From: an uncultured delta proteobacterium
GTDB lineage: Bacteria; Myxococcota_A; Polyangia; Polyangiales; Polyangiaceae
Direction: 5' to 3'
Length of the DNA: 64,000 nt
NCBI GenBank assembly: GCA_963841435.1
Contig: CAWJCS010000003.1
Span: 256,001-320,000, forward strand
The stretch's first letter is position 1; every line of letters starts with the position of its first letter. This document shows, in pieces, positions 10,504 through 19,292 of this stretch. A model generated the notes under the pieces. The model saw nothing but the letters and a program-made list of their open reading frames with translations, had not been told where the DNA came from and ran no database searches. The translations under genes were made by a program, and so were the position numbers.

Positions 10504-11079
10504 CCGCTGCGCGCGGCTTGCCGCACGTGCCGAGCACCGGTGAGCTCGGATCGCTGCTCGTGGCCCCGGGCGCGGGCTCGAGGCACACGAGGCCGGGCGC
10601 GCAGCTGACGAGGGCAAGAAGGTCGAACCGGGCTACACGCTGCGCCTTCCGAGCCGTCGCCGGCACGGTGGCACGTACCGCTCGTGCAGGCGTAGCCGGC
10701 GAGCAGATCGCAGAACTCCGTGAGCTTGTCGCAGGCGGCCCCCTCGTGCCCCGCGAAAGACGGGGTGCGGCAGCGGCCGTCAGTGCAGTACTGGTCCCCC
10801 GCGCACACGTCGCCGACGCTGCACGCGCCGTTCGCTGCAGCCGGCGCGTTGCAGACTCCGGTGCTGGCGGCTTGATCCGCCAGGGCGCAGAACGCGCCGA
10901 CGGCGCACGGCACGATCGTGGTGGCGCCGTACGTGTCCCAGGTGCACGACTGGCCAAGCGCGGCCGGCGACTGAAACGTGATCCGCTGGCACGTGCTCGC
11001 GGGTCTCCGTACACGCAGCGCACGATGCCATCGTAGTCGTCGCACTCGTCCGAGGACTCGCAGGCGGCGCCGACGGGCG
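10502..11079 (-). repeat. Near-identical partial duplicate (~580 bp) of 6861-7439
   Basis: Direct comparison shows a few substitutions and one 1-nt deletion; the copy carries the same frameshift. Confidence 0.95.
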
Positions 11080-11140
11080 GCCCCGTCCTTCGGCTTCTTC
11101 CGCGCGGCCCCCTGGTGACAGCGGAGCACATGCGGGGGCC

Positions 11141-11560
11141 TCAGCCAGCCCGGCGCTGTATCCATCCCTCAATGGCGTCTGCAAAGTCGCTGAAGTCGGC
11201 AAGCCGTGTTTGCAGCAGCTCTCGGACACGTTTCGGGTCAACTTCGGCGTACTCGTTCACGAGTAGATTCCTGAATCCAGCAAGGCCCCGCAGGCGATTG
11301 GCCAGGTCGTCGCCAATGACGCCGTACCTCGTGAGCTCCGACGGTACGTCTGCGTAGTCCTTCGGTCGCGCAGCGAACGCGCCGGCAAGCACGTGGTTGC
11401 CGACGTCGAAGAGCGCCTGTGCCGCCAGTTGCAGCCCGCGCTCGAGCGCCCATTCATCCCAGTCGTCGTTGAGCTCCTTCTGCGACGCCGCTCGAAGCCT
11501 CATCACGGTGCTGCGAAGCAGCGCGAGCCGCTCCGCCAACGCCTCCTCACGCAGAACCAC
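11141..11560 (-). CDS. hepT: HepT-like HEPN ribonuclease toxin (DUF86) with altered catalytic motif
   Basis: [43 protein letters not shown] 11560 overlaps the mntA 3' end. Confidence 0.85.
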   Translation of the reverse strand: MVLREEALAERLALLRSTVMRLRAASQKELNDDWDEWALERGLQLAAQALFDVGNHVLAGAFAARPKDYADVPSELTRYGVIGDDLANRLRGLAGFRNLLVNEYAEVDPKRVRELLQTRLADFSDFADAIEGWIQRRAG

Positions 11561-11954
11561 GGGCGCCCTCGCGAAGCAGCTCGTGCTGAAGCCGGCGCAA
11601 CGCCCGGGTGTCCTCGAATCTACGAACCGCGGCCGTCTCGAAATCGAAGCGCACCAGCGGATCGCGCTGAAGGAGCAAAACCCCATCGCGCAAGACCTCG
11701 GCGGCCAGCACCGGCGGCGCCGCCCGCAGATCGACCACATCGACCGTTCGCCGAAAGGAGGTCGCGCGACCTAGGCGCTCAATCAACCGGCTCCGTTCCT
11801 CGATGTCAAGCTCGTGCGTTGCCAGAATCGCCACGTCCACATCCGACTCGCCCGAATCGTCCCCTCTCCCCACCGAGCCGAAAACGTACGCGAGCAACAC
11901 GTCCTCGTGGCTCTCGAGGGCCGAGCGGAGCGCATCGAGGGTTTCGTGGGCCAC
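11547..11954 (-). CDS. mntA: MntA-like minimal nucleotidyltransferase antitoxin (type VII TA)
   Basis: [10 protein letters not shown]....SDVDVAI (GSx10DxD), VDVVDL, EVLRDG. Confidence 0.88.
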   Translation of the reverse strand: MAHETLDALRSALESHEDVLLAYVFGSVGRGDDSGESDVDVAILATHELDIEERSRLIERLGRATSFRRTVDVVDLRAAPPVLAAEVLRDGVLLLQRDPLVRFDFETAAVRRFEDTRALRRLQHELLREGARGSA

Positions 11955-12118
11955 TTGACACGATACTATCTCCTCACCCTCCACGGTGCCAGCACCAGCC
12001 GTTCGGCGAAGCGGGCACGAGCTCCGGAAACGACTGGGGACGGGGCCGGTCGAACCGCTACGGCGCGTGCGCCTCCGTCTCGCTCGCCGGAGACACGGGG
12101 ACCGTTTGTGTTTGTGGC

Positions 12119-12265
12119 CACAACCTCCTCTTCATCGGCCCGCCCGGCAGCGGCAAAACCCTGCTCGCGCGCCTGCTGCCCGGCATCTTGCCGCCACTCG
12201 AGTTCGACGAGGCCGTCGAATGCACGTCCATCCACAGCGTGGCGGGGCTCTTGCCGCCCGAGCAG
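12119..12265 (+). repeat. 147-bp direct copy of comM 959-1105 (Walker A region)
   Basis: Identical except 4 synonymous substitutions clustered in the first 33 nt. Confidence 0.95.
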
Positions 12266-12299
12266 TCCGCGCTGCTTTCGCTCGCGATTCCCCGCGTCG

Positions 12300-12567
12300 T
12301 AACGGCCCTCCGAAGCTCAAGCTCGTGACGACGGAAAGCGATCTCTTGCCGCTGCTTCAGTTCGGCGAGGCGGTCGCAGTCTTGATGCCTGCACGTTGGG
12401 TCGGCGTGCTGCGGAAGAAGAGTAACCTGGACCTGAAGGTCACCGACCTCGCGAACACCGTGGAGCTCTGGAGCTCGTCCGAGTCGGTTCGCGCGTTGCT
12501 CGAGCCAAAAATCAAAGCCTGGAGGCCGGAGCTCGACGCCAGGCTCGGAGTAGATGCATGGAAGTGA
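12300..12567 (+). pseudogene. C-terminal fragment of a hypothetical protein
   Basis: [27 protein letters not shown]...LGVDAWK*; overlaps the next ATG; N-terminus replaced by the comM fragment. Confidence 0.45.
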
Positions 12568-13250
12568 CGAGGAGACTCGCTCTTGTCGTTGCGCTGGCCG
12601 GAACCCTGGGGTTCTTCGGGCCTGCGGGCTGTTACAAGGAGCCCGGTGGAGCTCGCAGGACCGCACCGGCCGCGGTCAGCGACCCTCCGCCGGCGCCGGA
12701 TCGCCAGACGATGCGATCCTGATGCCGTCTTCGTCCACCGGATCGGGTGGTTTACCGAAAGGTCTTCGCCAACGTCGTGAAGTGGCAGACCCGACTGGCG
12801 GCCGTCGAGAAGCTCAGCATCGTCGGGGCCGAGGTCGGCGACAAGCCCTCGCTGAACTCGATCGACGACGCGCTCTATTTTCTCATCCACGAGCAGAAGG
12901 TCGATGCGCTGTGGGTGCTCAACGACAACTCGCTGCTCGGACAAGACGCGCTCAGCACCGTCTGGCTCCCGCGACTGCGGGACGAGCCCGTCCCCGTCGT
13001 GGTGGGAGTCGCGGCGCTCGTCCACCCGGAGGTGCACTTCGGAACCCTGGCGATGCTTCCCTACAATGACCGGTTGGGCTCGCAGGCGGCCGACATGATT
13101 TTCCAGCTGAAAGACAACCACTGGAAGATCGAGGATCCCGGCGTCGAGCTACCGCTGAGCGTCCGGACCGTGGTCAACGTTGCACAGTTACGCCACGACT
13201 TCGGCTTGCAGCCGCGCGCGCTCAAGAAGATCGACGAAGTGGTCGATTAG
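12558..13250 (+). pseudogene. ABC-transporter substrate-binding-like lipoprotein, disrupted
   Basis: MEVTRRLALVVALAGTLGFFGPAGC signal, in-frame TGA at 12720, then VDALWVLNDNSLL ... RLGSQAADMI ... TVVNV. Confidence 0.6.
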
Positions 13251-13326
13251 GGACTGCTTCGAGGCCGACGAGCCGTCGGCCCAGCCGGGCGGCAGCGCCA
13301 GCGCCCTCCGTGCGGATCGGAGCACT

Positions 13327-14694
13327 CTAAAGAGAGACCGTCTGTCCCGTGCTCGCGGCTTCTTGGATCGCAGAAATGATGCGAACGCCCTGCAGACCTG
13401 CTTCGCCCGGTACGAGCACGGCGCGCCGCTCGATGATGGCGAGGGCATCTTCGTCCATCTGTTTGGCCTGCTGATTGGCGACCATCTGATTCAGCTGGGT
13501 CCCGTCGCTCGTTTGACCGCGAGTCCCGCTGGAGACGTACATCGGCGCCAGGCGGTAGCTGCCGGATTCGCAGGTCACGTCGAGCGAGTCGATGTATTCG
13601 CCGAAAGTCGTGCGACAGTGGGCGATGACTCCCGACGGAAACTCGAGCTCGAATTCGGTCCACTCATCCACCTCCGTGAAGACCTCGGGACGGTCGGTCC
13701 ACTGGCGGGCGTTTCTCACGCGGATCGGTTCTTCGCCCGTGGCGTAGCGGGCGGCGTTGATGGCGTAGAGGCCCATGTCGTAGAGGGCACCTCCTCCCAT
13801 CGCTCGCTTCAATCTAAAGGCAGTCGCATCGTCGGCGTTACCGAAGCCCCGAAAGCCCGCGTCCGCGACAACGTCCAGGATGGCTCCGAACGGCTTCGAC
13901 GACGCGTACCCCATGACGGTTTGCGAGTTGGGATCGTGGTCCAGGCGGTATCCGATGCAGAGCTCGACGCCGTTTTCGCGGCACGCGTCGATGATCGCCT
14001 GGCATTCTGGGGCGTCGAGCGCCATCGGTTTCTCGCACCAGACGTGCTTTTTCGCGCGCGCCGCCGCGATCGCATACTGCATGTGCACGTGATTGGGTGT
14101 CACGATGTAGACGACGTGGATGTTCGGGTTGTCGATGAGTCCCGCCATCGTATCGTAGCTGTAGACGTTGGCGCTCTCGATCCCATACTGGTCTTGCCAC
14201 ATCGGCACCTTGGACGGGGTTCCCGTCACGATGCCTCTCAGCTTGCAATGCTCGGTCAATTGCAAGGCAGGTGCGAGGTGGGTGCTCGCGTAGGTGCCGA
14301 GCCCCAGCAGGGCGACGCCGAGTGGAGAGGTGAGCGGCGGATTTCCGCTGCCGGCCTGACCGCCCGAGGCCCCGCCGCCACCCGTTCCTGCGCTGCCACC
14401 CGTTCCTGCGCTGCCACCCGTTCCTGCGCTGCCACCCGTTCCTGCGCTGCCACCCGTTCCTGCGCTGCCACCCGTTCCTGCGCTGCCACCCGTTCCTGCG
14501 CTGCCACCCGTTCCTGCGCTGCCACCCGTTCCTGCGCTGCCACCCGTTCCTGCGCTGCCACCCGTTCCCGCGCCCGCTGTTGCACCTGAACCTTCTGTCG
14601 TCGGCGCGTCTTCGGTCTGACAGGCGCCCGTCGCCGCCGCGGCCGCGGCCGCAATCGCTTGAAGGAACTCTCTGCGGTCCGTTCGCCGGCTCAT
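13327..14694 (-). CDS. Gfo/Idh/MocA (glucose-fructose oxidoreductase-like) Tat lipoprotein with repeat linker
   Basis: RREFLQ Tat motif, TGAC lipobox-like site, GVALLGLG, VYIVTPNHVH, HVWCEKPMA, GGGALYDMGLY. Confidence 0.92.
   Translation of the reverse strand: MSRRTDRREFLQAIAAAAAAATGACQTEDAPTTEGSGATAGAGTGGSAGTGGSAGTGGSAGTGGSAGTGGSAGTGGSAGTGGSAGTGGSAGTGGSAGTGGSAGTGGGGASGGQAGSGNPPLTSPLGVALLGLGTYASTHLAPALQLTEHCKLRGIVTGTPSKVPMWQDQYGIESANVYSYDTMAGLIDNPNIHVVYIVTPNHVHMQYAIAAARAKKHVWCEKPMALDAPECQAIIDACRENGVELCIGYRLDHDPNSQTVMGYASSKPFGAILDVVADAGFRGFGNADDATAFRLKRAMGGGALYDMGLYAINAARYATGEEPIRVRNARQWTDRPEVFTEVDEWTEFELEFPSGVIAHCRTTFGEYIDSLDVTCESGSYRLAPMYVSSGTRGQTSDGTQLNQMVANQQAKQMDEDALAIIERRAVLVPGEAGLQGVRIISAIQEAASTGQTVSL
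14376..14568 (-). repeat. 18-bp tandem repeat, ~10-11 copies (GTGGSA)n
   Basis: Nearly perfect GCTGCCACCCGTTCCTGC array. Confidence 0.95.
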
Positions 14695-14914
14695 GGTCGA
14701 TATACTAGCACTGCTGCAGGCGGCAGAGGTGTCCGCTCGGGCGCCGCTACGCCGCTCGCCCTACCGGCTCGACTCGGGGCGCTGGCTCGAGCTTGGCGTG
14801 TACGGAGATGAGCGCGAAGCTCGCGTCGAGCATGATGATTCCCGATTCTGAACATTTTCGAGCTGGGTAAAATCGGTTTCCCCTCGCCTCCCTCCTCCGT
14901 CCCTCCCCGACCCT

Positions 14915-15016
14915 GTCCCGGTAGGGACGGCTCTTTCGGGCCGCCCCCCGGACAGAACCCGGCGAACGGATTTCCCGTACCGGGCTCCCACCTTGGGTCA
15001 ACGGAGAGCGAAGCGA
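14915..15016 (-). mobile_element. Group II intron 3' remnant (domains V-VI)
   Basis: Minus strand reads GACCCAAGGTGG-GAGCCCGGTACGGGAAATCCGTTCGCCGGGTTC-TGTCCGGGGGGCGGCCCGAAAGAGCCGTCCCTACCGGGAC: DV with AGC triad and GAAA loop, DVI with bulged A, ending in AC. No reverse transcriptase ORF. Confidence 0.85.
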
Positions 15017-15208
15017 GAACTGGGCCAGGGACGGAGAATACGGGGAGACGGAAGCGGGAAGCGCTGCTCGAAGGCCCGCCAGCGCGCGCGAGCGGGGCCG
15101 ACGCGGGGCTGGAGCTTCTCGCCGATCCGAGCGGTCCGGACGTCGCACGCGCTCGCGCACAAGGAGAGACGATGATTCGTAGCTGCGATAGCTCGCTCGG
15201 CGTGGACG

Positions 15209-15375
15209 TCACTCGGCGGCGCGGCTCTCGCCGAGGCCGAACTCGACCTGGATGGTCTGCGCCGAGCCCGTGGGCGCGCGGCTGGGCATGCGCGCGAGCG
15301 TGCCGTGCTCGCGCCACCACGCCTCAGCCTGGCTGGCGTCCCAGGGCTCCGCGGGGACCTGCGCCAGGCGGGCCG
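15209..15375 (-). pseudogene. C-terminal tail of a membrane Ser/Thr kinase
   Basis: PWDASQAEAWWREHG...TIQVEF resembles the tail of the 45455 kinase (SWSPSDAGRWWEEYG...AIAVDL). Abuts repeat copy C. Confidence 0.55.
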
Positions 15376-15376
15376 C

Positions 15377-15449
15377 CTCCCTGCCCTCCACCTCATGCGC
15401 ACTCTCCCGCTCCCTTCCCTCCCTTATCCCAGTTGCTTTCCTTGGCCGC
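15377..15449 (+). repeat. Dispersed element, copy C (partial)
   Basis: CTCCCTGCCCTCCACCTC...CCCTTATCCCAGTTGCTTTCCTTGGCCGC, near-identical to copies D and E. Confidence 0.9.
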
Positions 15450-15594
15450 GTGACGCAAGCGTCGGGGGTTTCACGGCGGCTGCAGGTACGTCGCCGCTCG
15501 TCCGCAGCTCCTCGAGCACGCGCCTTCTCGCGGCCGTCCGGTCACGGGGTGCGCATTTTCCAAATCAGAAACCGCCGCTCGCCGCATCGGGGGC

Positions 15595-16410
15595 ATGCGA
15601 CCCCTTCAGAAAAGCTTGCGATGGGTGTGTCTGCTCGGCGGCGCTAGCGCGCTCCTAGCGGGTTGCGGAAACAGCAGCGTTCCGGCTCCGGAGCCGAATC
15701 TCGGTAGCGAGCTTCCCCGCTACCAGGACCCTCGCTGCGACCGCTATGGCCAGATCGAGCTCATCGGCCAATACACGGTGCAAAACAACGTGTGGAACGA
15801 CGAGGCGGCGCTGCAGGAGCAGTGCGTGACCGCCTTGTGGGACGGCAGCAGCTCGGTCGCGGGCCTGATCGTGGATCCGGTCGATGTTTCGACCGAGGAA
15901 CTTCCCGCGTCGTATCCCAGCATCGTGTACGGCTGGCATTTCGGAAGCTTTTACGGGCCCTACCGTGAAGCGCGCCTGGTGACGGATGTCGCCGCGATCC
16001 CGACAACGTGGCGCTTCACGGTTCCGGGCGACGCTCGGTACGACGCGGCCTACGACCTCTGGTTCCATCCCGAGCCCGCGCCACCCGACGCCCAGGGGAG
16101 TCTCGAGATGATGATCTGGGTGGCCAGCCGAGACGCGACCCCCGTCGGGGAGCTGGTCAACCTGATCGACCTCGGCCAAGCGAGCTTCGAGGTCTGGTGG
16201 GGGCAAAACGCTGGATTTTCGACTCTGACCTACCGACGAACCGGCAGCGTCAGCGAAGTGACGATGGATCTCGTCCCCTTCCTTGCCGACGCCATCGGGC
16301 GCGGGGTGCTGATGTCGGACTGGTATCTGCTGAGCGTGGAATCGGGTTTCGAGCTTTGGCGCGCCACGAGCGCGGTCACGACCCATGCTTACGAGGTTCG
16401 CGTAGAGTAG
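15595..16410 (+). CDS. GH12 endoglucanase lipoprotein
   Basis: Lipobox LAGC; YTVQNNVWN, PASYPSIVYGWH, YDAAYDLWF, LEMMIW (nucleophile), YLLSVESGFELW (acid/base). Confidence 0.92.
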   Translation: MRPLQKSLRWVCLLGGASALLAGCGNSSVPAPEPNLGSELPRYQDPRCDRYGQIELIGQYTVQNNVWNDEAALQEQCVTALWDGSSSVAGLIVDPVDVSTEELPASYPSIVYGWHFGSFYGPYREARLVTDVAAIPTTWRFTVPGDARYDAAYDLWFHPEPAPPDAQGSLEMMIWVASRDATPVGELVNLIDLGQASFEVWWGQNAGFSTLTYRRTGSVSEVTMDLVPFLADAIGRGVLMSDWYLLSVESGFELWRATSAVTTHAYEVRVE

Positions 16411-16416
16411 CGCCGC

Positions 16417-17441
16417 ATGAGCGGGCCGAGCCCTAGCGATCACAGGATCCGCAGAGCGTTCGATGCGCACTCCGAGCGAATGTTGCGCATCCTTTCGCGC
16501 ACGGGGCTGGGCAACGAGGACGCGGAGGACGTCGTCCAGGACGCCTTCTGCGTGTTCTCCCGACGGCTGGGCGACGTGCCCGAGCATGCGGAGCGAGCGT
16601 TCCTCGTGGAGACCGCTTTGCGGCTTGGCTCTGCGCTCAAGCGCTCGACGTGGCACCGCCGCGTGTCCGAACTGCCCGTTTTGGATCACTGCGGGCTCCC
16701 CGCGCCGCTCGTCGAGGAACAACTCGATGCGCGCAGCGCTCACGCGTTGCTCGAGGGTCCGCTCTTGGGACAGCCGGAAGAGGAGCGGTTGGTCCTGATT
16801 CTGGGCGAGCTCGAAGAGATGACCCGCTCGGAGATTGCGCGCGTGCTGTCGCTACCGGAGGGCACGGTCGCGACCCGCCTCGCGCGTTCGAGCGGGCGCT
16901 CCTCCGCCAGAAGCGCAGAGCGACGCCCCTGCCGTCGCCGCATTCGCGCACGCCGGAGAACGCCTGGGAGATGCGCGCGGTGGGCAAGCAGCGCTACGAG
17001 AACAACTCGTACGGGGCTGAGCGAGCCCGCGGTCACTTCGAGCAACGCCTCGTCACGCGTCGAAAGGAGGGAGTTGTGGAGACCGGTTGGACCTGGCGCT
17101 GGCCGAGTCTCAATGCCGAACCGTTCGCGTTCCCCGAAGTCGTGGTCGGGTGGAAGCCGTGGATCGGCGGCACCTCGACCGATCCCGAATTTCCGCTCTG
17201 CATCGACCGCGCACGGCGGCTCCTGTTGCACTACGACGCCGACACCGTCGCGTTCGGCAGCTACAACCTTTCCTCGGACCTGTGGCTCCTCGACACCGCG
17301 CCGTCCGCGATGAAGGCAAATCCCCACCTCATTGTCAGCGAAGTGATGGTGATTCTCGATCACCGCCCCGGGGCGCCACCACCGGGCGTACTCCTCGGAC
17401 GAGTCACGATCGATGGCGAGCCCTACGAGCTCTGGCCCTGA
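16417..17441 (+). pseudogene. ECF sigma-70 factor fused to a GH12-like domain (frameshift ~16885, 3'-truncated)
   Basis: DAEDVVQDAF and EIARVLSLPEGTVATRLAR, then in the shifted frame RYENNSYG, WTWRWP, AFPEVVVGWKPW, YNLSSDLWL, SEVMVILD, VTIDGEPYELW. Confidence 0.75.
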
Positions 17442-17614
17442 CGGATCAGCGTGGTCTGCACGACCACGAGAGCAAACCAGCCCGTCATCAGCGCGCCGTG
17501 CAGGTAGAGGACCGGCGAGATCGGCGAAACGTCGAACACTGCACGCAGGTAGAGCGTGGGGCCAAAACCCAAAAGAACGATCGCAAGAGTACCGTCGCGC
17601 TATTTTTGTGGCAT
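17435..17614 (-). pseudogene. N-terminal fragment of a membrane protein
   Basis: Hand translation: LAIVLLGFGPTLYLRAVFDVSPISPVLYLHGALMTGWFALVVVQTTLIRQG. It collides with the end of the ECF-GH12 gene. Confidence 0.5.
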
Positions 17615-17700
17615 CACGAGACGTGTGCGTCATGCCTTGCCGCCCAAACGTAACGACGCGGGTGGCGCAATACGCTAAGACTCGGGTACGTTCTGCCAAC

Positions 17701-18870
17701 ATGCCCCGGTTTTCCACCGTCTCGGTTCTCTCGGCTGTCAGTTTGGCGAGCATCACGCTGTTCGCGTGCGGCAACAAAGACACCGGCGACTCGGGCTCGA
17801 ATAGCGGCGGCGCGAGCGGCGGCTCGACGAGCGCTGGCGTGGGCGGCACTGCCACGGGCGGAAAGGAAACCGGCGCCGGCGGCACGAGCGCGGGAGCGGG
17901 GGCACTCGCTGGCATGTCGGGAGCGAGCACCAGCGGCGGAGCCAGTTCTGGGGGCTCGGCAGGTGTTGGCGGCTCCACCGCGGGCGACACGAACAGCGGG
18001 GGTTCGGCGGGCTCAGCGGGTTCGGCAGGTTCGGCAGGTTCGGCAGGTTCGGCAGGTTCGGCAGGTTCGGCAGGTTCGGCAGGTTCGGCAGGTTCGGCGG
18101 GTTCGGCGGGCTCAGCGGGTTCGGCGGGTTCGGCAGGTTCGGCGGGTTCGGCAGGTTCGGCGGGTTCGGGCGGCGCCTCCGACTGCGGCGCGGCACTCGT
18201 GTGCGACGACTTCGAGTCCTACACGGGCACGCCGGGTATGCCCTGGACGGTGCAGAAAAACGGGTCGGGCAACGTCGTGATCGACACCAGCAAGCACGTG
18301 AGCGGCAATAACTCCGTAAAGTTCACGACGACCGGTTCGGGCACGTACCAGCGGGCATACATGGCCATCGACCAGATTTTCCCGGTCATGAACAACGCCT
18401 TCTATGGGCGCTTGATGATCTACACCACGAAGGCTCCGAACAGCGGTGTGCACTGGACCAACATTCAAGCCGAAGGTACTGCCACAATGGGCATTACGAA
18501 GGCCGACGTGCGTTACGGAGGTCAGCAGCAACAGCGATTGATGGCAAGCTACGACACCACGGGCAAGGCCAGCGACTGTTGGGTACATTCCAATACGAAA
18601 ATGCCCGAAGGAAAATGGGCGTGCATGGAGTGGCATTTCGACGGCGCCGCGAACACCCAAAAATTCTGGCTCGACGGCGTCGCGATCGATGATCTCACCG
18701 TCACCGGTCAAGGCCAAGGCTGCCTCGACCACGATCTCAACGACATGTGGATCTATCCCACCTTCGAGCGACTATACCTCGGGTTCGAAAGCTACCAGAC
18801 CGACGATCCGCGAGAAGTGTGGATTGACAACGTCGCAATCGGGAACAGCAAGCTCGGCTGTCCGAATTGA
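17701..18870 (+). CDS. Lipoprotein with (GSA)n linker and Cip1-like/polysaccharide-lyase-like domain
   Basis: Lipobox LFAC; CDDFES, FYGRLMIY, VHWT, GKWACMEWHFDG, LGFESY, VWIDNVAIG. Confidence 0.75.
   Translation: MPRFSTVSVLSAVSLASITLFACGNKDTGDSGSNSGGASGGSTSAGVGGTATGGKETGAGGTSAGAGALAGMSGASTSGGASSGGSAGVGGSTAGDTNSGGSAGSAGSAGSAGSAGSAGSAGSAGSAGSAGSAGSAGSAGSAGSAGSAGSAGSAGSGGASDCGAALVCDDFESYTGTPGMPWTVQKNGSGNVVIDTSKHVSGNNSVKFTTTGSGTYQRAYMAIDQIFPVMNNAFYGRLMIYTTKAPNSGVHWTNIQAEGTATMGITKADVRYGGQQQQRLMASYDTTGKASDCWVHSNTKMPEGKWACMEWHFDGAANTQKFWLDGVAIDDLTVTGQGQGCLDHDLNDMWIYPTFERLYLGFESYQTDDPREVWIDNVAIGNSKLGCPN
18001..18170 (+). repeat. 9-bp tandem repeat (GGTTCGGCR)n, ~18 copies
   Basis: Directly visible; encodes (GSA)n. 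Confidence 0.95.
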
Positions 18871-19292
18871 GGCGGAGCCGAACCCGCATGCGAGTTTGAG
18901 CGTGTCCAAGGAGAGAGGCTAGTTACTGGATGCCGTGTTCCCGTAGCCTGCGGTAAAACGTGCGCCGCGGGATGCCGCTCAGCTCGGCGGCCTTCACCCG
19001 GTTCCAGTTGCAGCTGGGGATCGTCGGGGTCGCAAGCTCGTCGCCTGGTTGAGCTTCCTCGCAAGCGAGGGCGAGGCTCACGCTCGGTGCAGACGTGCCG
19101 AATCCGATCGATTGCCTCGCCGTTCTTCAACACAAACACTCTCACTGCAGCTTTATGTTGAATACGAATTCGTGTCCGACAACGTCCGCGATGCTGCGAA
19201 ATTAACGGTATCCGTTCGCGCACGTTTCTCTTCAACGCTGTGCTGCGTGGCAAGCCCGTGCTAGAGAACGCCATGCCTCGGGAGGTTTGTTC

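Noticed and set aside
6861-11079. Duplicated segments as DGR template/variable repeats
   Set aside because: Differences are few and not adenine-specific, and there is no reverse transcriptase in the window.
14376-14568. Tandem arrays (also 18001, 60843) as CRISPR
   Set aside because: No unique spacers; the units are in-frame coding linkers; no cas genes.
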